Positions 53,128-64,000 of a stretch of 64,000 nt of DNA are shown here, piece after piece. The stretch covers positions 17,608,001-17,672,000 of the forward strand of contig CP158635.1 in NCBI GenBank assembly GCA_050273025.1. Reading direction: 5' to 3'. The first letter of the stretch is position 1, and every line of letters starts with the position of its first letter. The notes beneath the pieces were generated by a model that did no database searches, was not told where the DNA came from, and was given only the letters and a program-made list of their open reading frames with translations. The DNA comes from Cenococcum geophilum (taxonomy: Eukaryota). The translations under genes were made by a program, and so were the position numbers.

Positions 53128-56100
53128 TGTCACAGAGTAAGTATAAGCGACGATAATATATAGCAGAGTAGATATTATTAAGCTATGTATATAAACTGTA
53201 TAATAAGATTAAGACGTTGCGTAAGGAAAGAAGGTAGGAAAACGGAAAGAACGGGTATATATTATTAACTTAGTTGCTTAGTTAATATATATATAGAGCA
53301 GAATATAGCGGAATTTAGTAAAACTTAGTGGAATATGGCAGAATATAGCAGATTGCCGTTAGATTGCTATAGATCGCGGCAAATTACGGTCTTATAGATG
53401 GTAAAAGCAGGTAGGCGTGTATAAGGTATTATAGGGGTGTCCTATAACAGTATCCCCCCTTTATACTTAAGCTTCTGCGAGATAGGGCTATAGTAGTTTT
53501 AGGTAGAGTTTGTAAAAGTCTTCTACGGCTTATATAAGTCCTATAGAGTTAACAGGTTCCCATAAGGACTTAGTAAAGCCGCTCCATTTTATAAGATATA
53601 TATATTAGTATTTCCCCGAGATGCGAATGTGGCTGGCCAAGACAGACACCAAAACACGTAATACTGCTATGCCCCCTACGCACCAATCGAGAAATAATAC
53701 TCTTAGCAGCTGGCACAGAGAACTATAATACACTGCTCTTAACATAAAAAGGCCTTAAGGCGGTCACCCAGTGGCTTATTAGTTAAAATGTGCTAAATCA
53801 GTTCCGGGTTGCAAGGGAAATGGTAATAGAAGGCAAGGGGGCAAGCAGTAGGTGCCCCCTAGTAACTCTACAGTAGTAGAGTAATAGTTTGTAATACTAG
53901 CGCGTCCGTAGGCTTATTACGGCAGCAGTGGTTCCTAAGGAGGTTAAATAATAAAGTAGTAGAGCACTATAGGCGACTCGTAGGCGCTAAGTAGGCGAGT
54001 CCTAAAAGGCGGGGAGATAGATCACGGGGTTTTCTCATTTTTCTTAAATAGAGTTTTCTCCCTATATGTAAATAAGGAGTAGTCCGCGTGGGCCCAATAG
54101 GGATCCAAATCGGACGTTAAGCAATGAATTATTATTATTATATTAGTGTTTCCGTTTATTATACTTAATATTATTAATTCTTTTAATAAAGTACTTGTTC
54201 TTACCATCTACTTTAACTGGTAGGGGAGGGTTTTATATCTGTTTGGGCAGGGCGTCTAATATAGGGGTAATAGGGCGGAGGACTAACGTATAGAATACGG
54301 GGTGGATTTTAACCGTATTAGGGAGCTCTAGTTAGTAGGCGTAAGAGAAAATAACCTTCTTAATCTTATAAGGGCCAGCGTTTTTCTAATTAAGTTTCTT
54401 AGTAGGTTATTTTATATTTAGGTTTCTTATATCTAGCTAAATAAAGTTACTAATTTAGTAGGCTAGTGCTAGGGTTTATTTCTTATTTGCTGCGGCTTTA
54501 TAGATAAATTAGGCCTATATTATTTTATTAGTAAGAAACTATTATAGTTCCTCTATCTTCTCTATAAATTTATTTACTTTTATAATTTATAAGGCGTAAT
54601 AAGTAGGGCGAGGAATATTACTAAAAGGGTTAAAACCTATTTATGGGTGCTAGCTATAATTAGCTAGGAACGGGGAGACCTTTATAGTTTTTAAGACGGA
54701 ATTATTTATAGTAAACTTGGCGAATATAAGCTAGTTAATCCAGTTATCTTATAAATATAACGTGTATATCCAGATATACTATTCTATTATAGCGTTTATA
54801 TATTCCGTTTAACCGTCTATTTTTAGGTAATATATAATAGACAGCAGTACTTTAATATAGAGTTAGGTAGTTAGTTCTTTCTAAAATATAGAGATAAACT
54901 AGCTGCCTTTATTGGAGATAATTGTTTTAGGGAGTCTGTAGAGTTTCTATATATAATCTAGAAATAGTTAGGCAATAGTAGGCGTTAATATATTAGGGCA
55001 GGCGATTAAGTACCTTATCTTAGATAGTTAGTCTATAACTACTATAATATTTATATAGCCTTTACTTATAGGGAGGTCAATAATAAAGTTAATTAAGATA
55101 TCCTTTTATCTTCGGTCCGGAACAGGTAGTGGCTTTAGGAGCCGTTATACGTCTTATATAAAGCTTTAGCTTATCAGTAGATATAGCAGCTAGAGACGTA
55201 CCTTTGTGTTATATTATATATATTTAGCTAATAGTATTCTTATTAGAGCAGTTTTAGGGTTTTTCCTTAGCCCGGGTAGCCGGCTACTAGTAGATTATAT
55301 ATATATTTAAGAAGCTTAAGCTTAAGTTTATTATAGTTAGGTATAACTAGGCGGTTTTAGTAATATAAGCGGTTTCCATAGGCTTTATATTTACTTAGAG
55401 AAATCTTTTAAAGCGTCTAATGCCATCTTATATTAGCTTAAGCGCCTCTTAAATAAACTCGTTATTTAGGTATTTATTAACTATAATCTATTTAATTAAT
55501 TAATTAGTTATTTTAAGGACGTATACTATAAGATCTTTAGTAGGAGGGTTAAATAGTTTAGGGTGAAGTAGGGTTTAATTTCGGTAAAAGCGCGCTTTTT
55601 TTAGGGCTAGTGTGTCTTATAAGCGTTGGATTACGGCGTTAGGCTTTTAACCTTAAATGCCTAGGTAGTATATAATTAAGAATTAGAAATAAAACAGATA
55701 TTCTAACTAGTAGGCCTAATAATAACTTAGCTGTTTTGTGGTTATAAAGTACTATAGGTTCTTATAGTTACTAAGGACCTTAATTAGAAATCTAACGCCT
55801 TCTAGTTTGGGTCGCCATTATTTAAAATATTTAATAATAGCTAACAATTCCTTATTATAGATCTTGTAGTTATATTTAGCTAGGCTTAGTTATTTTAAGA
55901 AGTATACTATAGGGTATAATACTTTATCCTTATTATATTAAGACAGGATGTCTCTAGTAACGTAGTTAGATAAGTCGGCTTTTATAACACTTATTTGGTT
56001 TAGGTTAAAGTATTAAAGTATAGGCGTAGTAGTAAATATAACCTTTAGATAGGTAAAGGCCTTCTTATATTCCTTATTAAAGATAAAGACTTTATCCTTT

Positions 56101-57572
56101 TAGGTTAGAGTTATAAAGAGTAAAACTAGGGCGAAGAAGTTATTAATAAACTGTTAGTAGAAATTAGTAAATCCTATAAAGGCTTTTATATCCTTAACGT
56201 TCTTGGGTTCTTACCAGTTTATAATTACTTTAACTTTCTTTAGGTCCATTTATATACCGTTTATAGAAATAAGAAGTCTAAGGTATAGGACTTCCGTTTT
56301 ATAGAACTCGCATTTATCTATATTTAATTATAGACTAGCTCTATATAGGGCTTATAAAATAAGGTTAACGTATTTCTAATATTTAGTTAGGTTATTACTG
56401 TATATTAGGATATCGTTAATATAAGCAGTATAGAAGATATTTAGATAAGGACGCAGGGTGTTATTTATATAATATTAAAACAAGCTTGGAGTGTTTATAA
56501 GGCCAAAGGGTGTTACTAAATACTTAAATAGTCTATATTGGGTACAAAATGTAGTAAGCTATTTATTTCCTTTTATAATACGGAGATAGTTAAATATAGA
56601 GATAATATTGAGCTTTGTATAGTAATAAGCCTTACTTAATTAGTTTAGCGTCTTTTATATTAACGGGATTGGATATTAGTTCTTAACGGTAATAGCGTTA
56701 AAAGCTTAGTAGTTTATATAGAAGCGTAAACCGCCGCCAGGTTTCTTAATAAAGATTACTAGTACGGCTATAGGTAACGAGCTTGCTCTAATAAATCCTT
56801 TACTTAGGTTCTCGTCTAAATACTTTTATAGCACTTAGAGTTTATTTTAGGATATCCTATATAGGGGTCTAAATCCGGGCTGCTTTCCTTCTTTAAGTAT
56901 AATCTTATAGTTATATAGTTAGTATTCCGGTAGCTTATTAGCTTCCTTTTATAAGAATACATCTAGGCGGTAATAATACTCTACTAGTACCTTTGTAGCA
57001 GGGTTAGTGTGCTTCTTTAGTGCTAAGGCCTTCTTAATATCAGCTATTATAATAGCGAAGATCGTATACTCGGGGTTTTTTTTAGCAAGTTGTGCTAGCG
57101 GGGTAGCTCCAATTATACGGATATCTAGGGTATTAAACTCGTTTAAATCGTCTATAGTTTCTTATATAGCTTCCTATTTAGCTTTAGGTTTAGTATTAAG
57201 TATAAAGTTAGTGTTAGATTTGGGTTCGGGTTCTTTAAGAATCCTTTTTATAGTAGAATACTAGTCCTTCTAGTATTTTCGTATATTAAGCTTAAGCTTC
57301 TACTTAGCTTAGGGCGGTGTGGTAGTCAAAATCGGGTTATAGGGTTTAGTAGAATTTTTAGGTTCTTAATAGATATTAGTAGAAGTCTTATATTAGTGGA
57401 ATTCGGTGGGATTCCTAGGTTAGTGGAATTAGGTAAACTTCTCGGGTATAGGGTAGATTTTAGTAGATTTTTTTGATTTTAGTTTTAGGTCTAAGCAGTA
57501 CGTTATAAGGCACTTCTATTTATAGCGGAAGGCGGTAAATAGGAGCTTAAGGTTGTTTTAATTAATAGTTAC
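53128..57572 (-). mobile_element. RIP'd Gypsy/chromovirus element, 3' part (RT, RNase H, integrase, chromodomain, PPT, 3' LTR 53128-53449)
   Basis: PPT agggggatac before TGT at 53449; chromodomain YLIKW and WEP remnants (53550-53610); integrase and RT remnants (KKPGGGLRF ~56720-56750). Interrupted upstream by the next element. Confidence 0.87.
53618..54198 (+). mobile_element. 5'-truncated LINE of a second family (C-terminal zinc finger plus 3' UTR), inserted in the Gypsy chromodomain
   Basis: Reads CECGWPRQTPKHVILLCP...GLKAVTQWL..NVLNQFRVARE, a typical LINE ORF2 CCHC end. Higher GC than the host. Boundaries approximate, no clear TSD. Confidence 0.75.
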
Positions 57573-60500
57573 TGTAAGGGCGCGGAGAGACTTCGGGAAG
57601 ATTTGAAGGAATAATATAAATTCTATCTAAATCTAAGGATATATAGCTCTCGCTAAGAACAAGACGTTGCGTAAAGAAGAGAAAGGAATAATAAGAGAAT
57701 TATATAATTAAATAGTTAGGGGCTTAGTGGTTAATGCGTGCATATATACGCACGCGGTCTTTAATAGACTTTAGTAATTTAATTAATCTAGTAGATTTTG
57801 GTTAAAGCATTAAAATTTATCTATTAAGTGTTTTACTAAGACATTCCTACTATAACTAGGCTAGTCCCGTTATAGTACCCCCCCTTTTAGCCAAAGGTCC
57901 AAATAATTTAATTTTAGTTAAGACTTATAACTTATTACGCGTTATATTTTTGCGTTAGGTGGCGGTATAGGGTTTTACCGATTCTATTATTAAATAGATT
58001 AATTAGGATTTTCCATCCCCAGGATAGAAAATTACTATTAGCTTGGTTAAGGCGGTAAGCAGAACTAATATCTTTATAGTAGGTCTTAGCAAGGCGGATC
58101 TAACTAATTAGATAACTTTAACCGGCGGTTAAAGTTCCTTAATATCTTACGTATTACGTAATTATATCACAAACGTTATAACGTATTTTAGGTCTTTTTT
58201 AATTTTAAGTCTTTTTTAATTTTAAGCTTCCTACTATTATGTTTCATGTATTTATATTAGGTAGTAATTATTTATTTCCGTGTTATATCTATCTAGCTAA
58301 AGTAGGCCGCGAAGGATGGTTTTTATAGAATTCTTTTACTATAAAAGGCGTATCGATCTTAATCTGGTTATAGGTTTTCTAAGTTCGTGTTTTATATCCT
58401 TCCCATTTAATAAGAAGTTTAAATTATTTAGATTATGTCTTCTATTGTATATTATTAATTAAGTTAATAAAGTAAGAACCGTTACCGTTGTTAACAATTA
58501 TAGGAGGTAGTAGTGGTACTTCGCGAGTTATAGGTTTACCCCTTAAGGGTTACAGCAAGTTTACGTAAAACATTAGATGTATTTTTATCTTAGTTGGTAG
58601 TTTAAGTTTATAAGCGTATAGGCTTAATTTCTTCTTAACTTAGTATAGGCCCGTAAACTTCCAGTCTAGTTTCTTTAAGGGTTATTAAGTCTTTAGGTTT
58701 TATATATTTAGGTAAACTATATTACCTTCCTTAAAGTCCTACGCGGGAGCTTATCCTTTATTTGCATACCATTCCTATACCGTTTAAGTATACACTAATT
58801 TACTTTATAATAGTTCCGTTAACTGCTTTATTTAATTAGCGAAGTTATACGCATTAATTAGTTAAATTCTCTTAATTATAGGTCCTATTATATTAATTTT
58901 GGGTTATAGTTTAAATCTAAGCCAAGGGTCTTATTTGTAGGTTGTGTAAAACAGCGTCACGCCTATTAATTCGTTTCTTATATTATTTATAGTAAACTTA
59001 GCTAACGGTAGCCATTTTTCCCAGTTGTCTTATAGGTAGAAGTAGTATATTTATAGGTATTATTCTATAATCGCGTTCGTAATTTTAGTTTAACTATTTA
59101 TCTCCGGATAAAATGTAGTTAAGAGTTGTATTTGTATACTTAATCGTTTATATAGGGCTTACTAGAAGTCTAAAACAAACTAGCTTCCGCAGTTAGATAT
59201 TATCGAATTAGGAAGTCTATATAGCTTAAAGACGTACTTAATAAAACATTCGGCTATTAATATTGCATTAATTAAGTCTATAGGAATTATATATCGCATT
59301 TTTATAAGACGGTTAACAACTACTATAATATTCGTGAACCTATTACTATTAGGTAGGTTAACTACAAAGTTAATTAAAATATCTCGCCATCTTTATATTA
59401 GAATTGGTAACGGTTAAAGTACTCCTTACTTCTTTATATAAGAGGTCTTCCTATATACGCATATTCTGTATACTTAAACGTATTTTCGTATATAGTTGTG
59501 CATTATAGGCCAGTAATATACTCGTTAGATAATCTTATAGGTCTTTACACGGCTAGAATGCCCTACTATAGGGGAATTATATACAAATTTAAGTATCTTA
59601 AATCGTAAGGGTTTAGAATTTAGGACTACTATCTTCTATTAATAGTATAACCAATTATTACGGATTTCGCATTTAGCAAGTATAATATCCTTATATTGCC
59701 GTTTCCCTATTTAAATTGCTTTTATTATATCTACTATCTAAGGGTTATTCTTATATTTATGCTCTATTAATTTATTAATTTCTATATCCCACTTATTAAT
59801 TTCTAATTTATTCCTATTAAGCTTCGCGTTTAGGAATATAGGGTATAGTTTCTTAAAGCGTTTAGGGGGCAGTAGAATTCGTAATTAATTTATAATCTAT
59901 TTGTTAGAGGCGTTCGCAGGTAAGTCCTATAATCGTTATATTAATAAGTTAGGCTTTTAATTAAGTTTGCTAGGTTAGTACGTAATCTTAAAGTTAAATT
60001 ATAAAAGGTGTTTAGCCTAACTAATTTAGCGCTATATTAATTGCTTTATAGTTATAAAGTACTGCAGGTTTTTATAGTCTATTAATACGCGTATTAGGAA
60101 CAACGATCCTTTAAGTTCTAGGCGCCATTATTTAAAGCATTTAATAATTATAAGCAGTTCCTTATTATATATCTTATAGTTTAATTTAGCAGAGGTAAGT
60201 TTCTAGGAGAGGAAGGCTACTAGGCGCAGCTCGCCGTTCTTATTATATTGCAATAACACTCCTCCTAGTACATTGTTAGACGAGTCTATTTTAACAATAC
60301 ATTTAAGGTCTAGATTAAAGTGGGCGAGAATTAAAGTAGTTATAAAACGATATTTTAGGTCATTAAAAGCTTATTTATATTTAGTAGTCCATTTAAATCT
60401 TATATTCTTTCTTATTAAGTTTATTAATGGCTAAACAATTTTTAAGAAGTGATTAATAAATTAATAGTAGAAATTTGCGAATCCTAGAAATCCTTAGATA

Positions 60501-63077
60501 TCTTATATATTACTAGGACTTTCCTAGTTTATAATTGCAGCGATTTTTTTAGGGTTTATTTTAATTTCGTTATAGAATATAATTAAGCCTAAGTATATAA
60601 CTTCGGACGTATAAAACTTGCATTTCTTAATATCGCATTATAAGCCCGCGTCTTATAGGCGTTTAAGGACTATTTAGACGTACTTCCAATACTTAGAAAG
60701 TAAAGACAAATAAATTAAGATATTATTAATATACGCGGTAACAAATATATTAAGGAATTCGCGAAGCGTATTATTAACGTATTATTAAAACGTACTAGGA
60801 CCGTTCTTTATCCTAAACGGCATTATTAGGTATTTAAAAAGTCCCTATTATATACGGAAAGCAGTATACTTTTTATCTCCTTTGCAAACACGGATTCGAT
60901 TAAAGGCAGCGACTATATTAAGCTTCGTAAAGTATTATACTTTTACTAAGCAGTTAAGCGTTTCTTAAAGCAGAGAAATTAAATATTAGTTTTAAATTAT
61001 AATTGCATTTAGGGCTCAATAATCAATATAGAATTTTAAGCCTTTTTTAGGTTTCTTAATAAATAGTATAGGCAAGGTAAATGGTAATTAACTAAGGCGA
61101 ATAAATCCTTTCTCTAGGTGCTCTTTAAGATACTATTACATTATAAGCAGCTTTTCTCGCGATATACCGTATAATAGGCCAAACTTTAGCGTTATACTAG
61201 GTTCAATTTCTATCTTAAAATTATACTTATTTTAATATAGGGGTAGTTAGTTTATAAATTGTTTCTTAAACGTATTAACTAGATTATAATATTCTTTAGG
61301 CATAAGAGGTCGGGGGTTAATATATTACTTTAGTTCCAACGCCTTCTTAATATCTTTTAGTGTTATAGCAAAGATCTTATAGTCTCGTTTTCTTACTAAT
61401 AAATAAAAGGGTGCGGCTTATACCATACGGATTTTAAGGGGTTTTAGTATATCATCTTTATATTCTTTACCGCGATTAGTAGTCGTAACTTTATTATATT
61501 AGTTTAAGGATTATAGTAAGGGCAATTTGTATTATATTAAATTTAAATAGTTATATGCATATTTATAGGGCAAGTAGTGTTTTAAGTAATAACTTCGGCA
61601 GTAGGTTATATAAAATTTTAGTATTTCTTTAACCCAGCTAATTAAAGGGTTGTATTATTTTAGCTATCCGTATCTAAGTATTACCTTATAATACTTTAAG
61701 GGTGTTATAAATAGGGAAATATATTTAAGGTGTTCGCCTATCCGCATCTTTATAAGAGCGTAGTATGTAAGTTCACCATATATTAAAGGCTTGCCATTAA
61801 AGCCTTATAGGCCTTAGGGCTTATCGAGTTTCTTTAAATTTAAGCGTTAAGTTTTCGCGTAGTTTGTATTAATAAAGCCTATACTAGTAGCTCGGCTATC
61901 TATAAGGATTTATACTTCCTTCTATTTTCTAAATATTTAAATTTCGCTAAGTACATTAAGGGAGTTATATCGTATATTAGCGCTAGAAGAGCCTAAATAC
62001 TTATACTCTTCTACTTCTTATCCTAAAGCGCGACTTAGCCCTAGAATAATTCATTTTCTAAATTAACTAAAGGTAAGACGCTTTATAATAACCGAGTATA
62101 ATTTATAGAATAAGTGCAATTTGTAAAATAAGTACAACTTAAGGACTAAGAGGAGCTACAGCGGACCTTTTTAAAAGGGTAAGTTTGGTAATCCCTTTAA
62201 ATATATCCCTTTTTTTTATATCTAAAATATTCTCTATTTGCGGCTCGTGTTCTTTATTTATTGGTTCCTAAGGGTATATAGGATTAAGTAGCGTTAAGGT
62301 CTATAGGGTCGTACATAGGGCTTTTAGGTCTTAGAGACGGATCGCGCTTTAGGGTATATATTAATTATATAAAGTTTTAAACACAAGATGTAGTTAGCTT
62401 TAGAGAATGGGTCTACTTATTATATCGGAGGTCTTTATTAATTCGTTAACATATTATAGCAAATTTAGGTAAATCCTTTAGTAATTCTCTACCTACTAAC
62501 TATACTCTAATTTTATCCAAAATAGCTTAACGGAGAGCAGTAACTCTAGCGGCTTTATTCTAATCTAGTTTACTAATAAGGCCTAAAAATTCCGAAAAGA
62601 AGCTGGTAAAGTCTCGGTTCCGTTATCATAGGTTTTTAAGTTTAGTAATAGCTATATATTCGCGGCTAGCGTTATTATATATTCGTTCTAATAGAGAGAT
62701 AAAGATTTTAAAATTAACGAAGGTGCCGTTATAGAAGAATGGGTCTATAGTTTATATAGCGTCTTTACTTAAATAAGATATTCTATAGCTAATCTTACTA
62801 GCTTTAGTAGGGTATTAGTTATAGTTTATTAAAAGTTTAAAACGGAGCTTAGTTATAAAGGGACGTAGGTTATTTTAATTTCTATTAAATATTAGAGGGT
62901 TAGGGAGCTTTTTAGATTTCGTAGTAAATACTAGGTTTATTATAGGTACGGGTTAAGCTGCCATTACTAGTTTAGGGTTTATATTTAATAAGTCAGGTTT
63001 ATATATAGTTATTTTAATTTTATTTATAGGTGTTACTATTAGGGTCTTTAATATAAGTACTTTAGCGTTATAGAGTT
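57573..63077 (-). mobile_element. RIP'd Gypsy/chromovirus element (gag, protease, RT, RNase H, integrase, chromodomain, PPT, 3' LTR 57573-57874) nested in the previous one
   Basis: PPT aaaaggggggggtac next to the LTR at 57875; remnants GHSSRVKTY-like (~59535-59570), MPFR..NGP.TF-like (~60790-60825), protease IDS.AT-like (~61890-61910); gag ~62300-63050. Confidence 0.87.
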
Positions 63078-64000
63078 TGTTAGAAACACAGGGCAAATCA
63101 CTAATACTACTTAAGTAGATATAGTGATGGAAAAGGTTGTTATTCTAGATAGGGGAGGGTAAGGAATTTAAGGTTCCTTACTACGCTAGTGCCGCAACAG
63201 CATATAACGGCAAGTTGCCTTACGTAACGGCAATATGCCGTATATAAGGGCAAATTGCCTTATTCCCGACACTAGCAACTCTTTTTTTTATAGTTGCTAT
63301 CTATATATAAATAAACAGTATATAATAATACAACCATAGGCAGACTATAGTAGAATTTAGTAGGTAATACGCCTTATTCTGCTAACCCGGACTTCTACTA
63401 ATTAATTATAATTTTCCATCCCTAGGATAGAAAATCGCTATTAACTCGCTTACTACTAGCGCCTTAGCGGCCCTTACTGCATCTTCTACTCCCTCTTAAC
63501 CTAACCTTTAACTTATATACGTAGAGTATTTATATTAACGAACATCTCTAGTGCCTTATTTAGGTTTGCCTTTATTATTACATCTACCGGGTTATCTTAG
63601 CTATTAATCTATTAAATTTTAAAGAGTTCTTAACGCTCGTAAGATTGCCGTAGTACTATAATATTAATTATAAGGCGCTTCTCCTTTATAGTACTAAGCT
63701 TAACTAAACACTTATAGAGGGAATATAAGTTAGTGTATATAATTATAGGGATAATAGGGAGTTTAAGTTAATTTATAATTATCTTTAAGGTAGTTCTAAT
63801 TACAATTGCTATATTAACTCCGCTAACTATTCTATATATCTCTAACACTAGAACGCTTTAAGTAACGCGTTTACTCTTAGTTAAGCTCTAATAAATAAGA
63901 TTACTATAGATTATAAAGTTACTCTCTTTAGTAGATTTATTTATAATAATAATCTTATATCCTAGCTAGGAGCTAAAATCTTTATTATTTATAAACGATC
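63078..64000 (-). mobile_element. 3' end of a Copia-type element (RNase H plus ~194-bp 3' LTR 63078-63271), inserted in the Gypsy gag
   Basis: Minus-strand remnant of TDSYSLYECLVKLGTTKEKRLMIDIMALRQSYERRE...DNPAD (63580-63740) once RIP is allowed for. LTR reads tgttag...cccgaca. Confidence 0.85.

Overview
Filamentous ascomycete (Pezizomycotina) genomic DNA with sharp alternation between GC-balanced gene islands and AT-rich, TpA-rich blocks of transposons mutated by repeat-induced point mutation (RIP). 1-11.9 kb holds a RIP'd Gypsy element and a full-length 5.7-kb Tad1-like LINE. 12.1-25.6 kb is a gene island: uncharacterised membrane protein, D-amino-acid oxidase, OTU deubiquitinase, RKI1, ULA1/APPBP1 and RAD18. 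26.2-30.1 kb is a NACHT-ankyrin NLR whose repeat array ends at an LTR and is RIP-eroded at its tip. 30.5-46.9 kb is a nested TE block: two Fot1/pogo-type MITEs, a 9-bp-TSD Mutator-like element, a gag-only Copia-type LTR shell containing a Helitron2-like RepHel element, and a canonical Helitron inserted in another LTR. 47.0-52.1 kb is a HET-NACHT-WD40 NLR, RIP-inactivated in its middle and bracketed by a near-perfect 111-bp inverted repeat that appears LINE-derived. 52.1-64 kb holds nested Gypsy, LINE and Copia relics. The most intriguing structure is the inverted-repeat-bracketed NLR cassette. All calls come from reading the sequence by eye; no searches were run.
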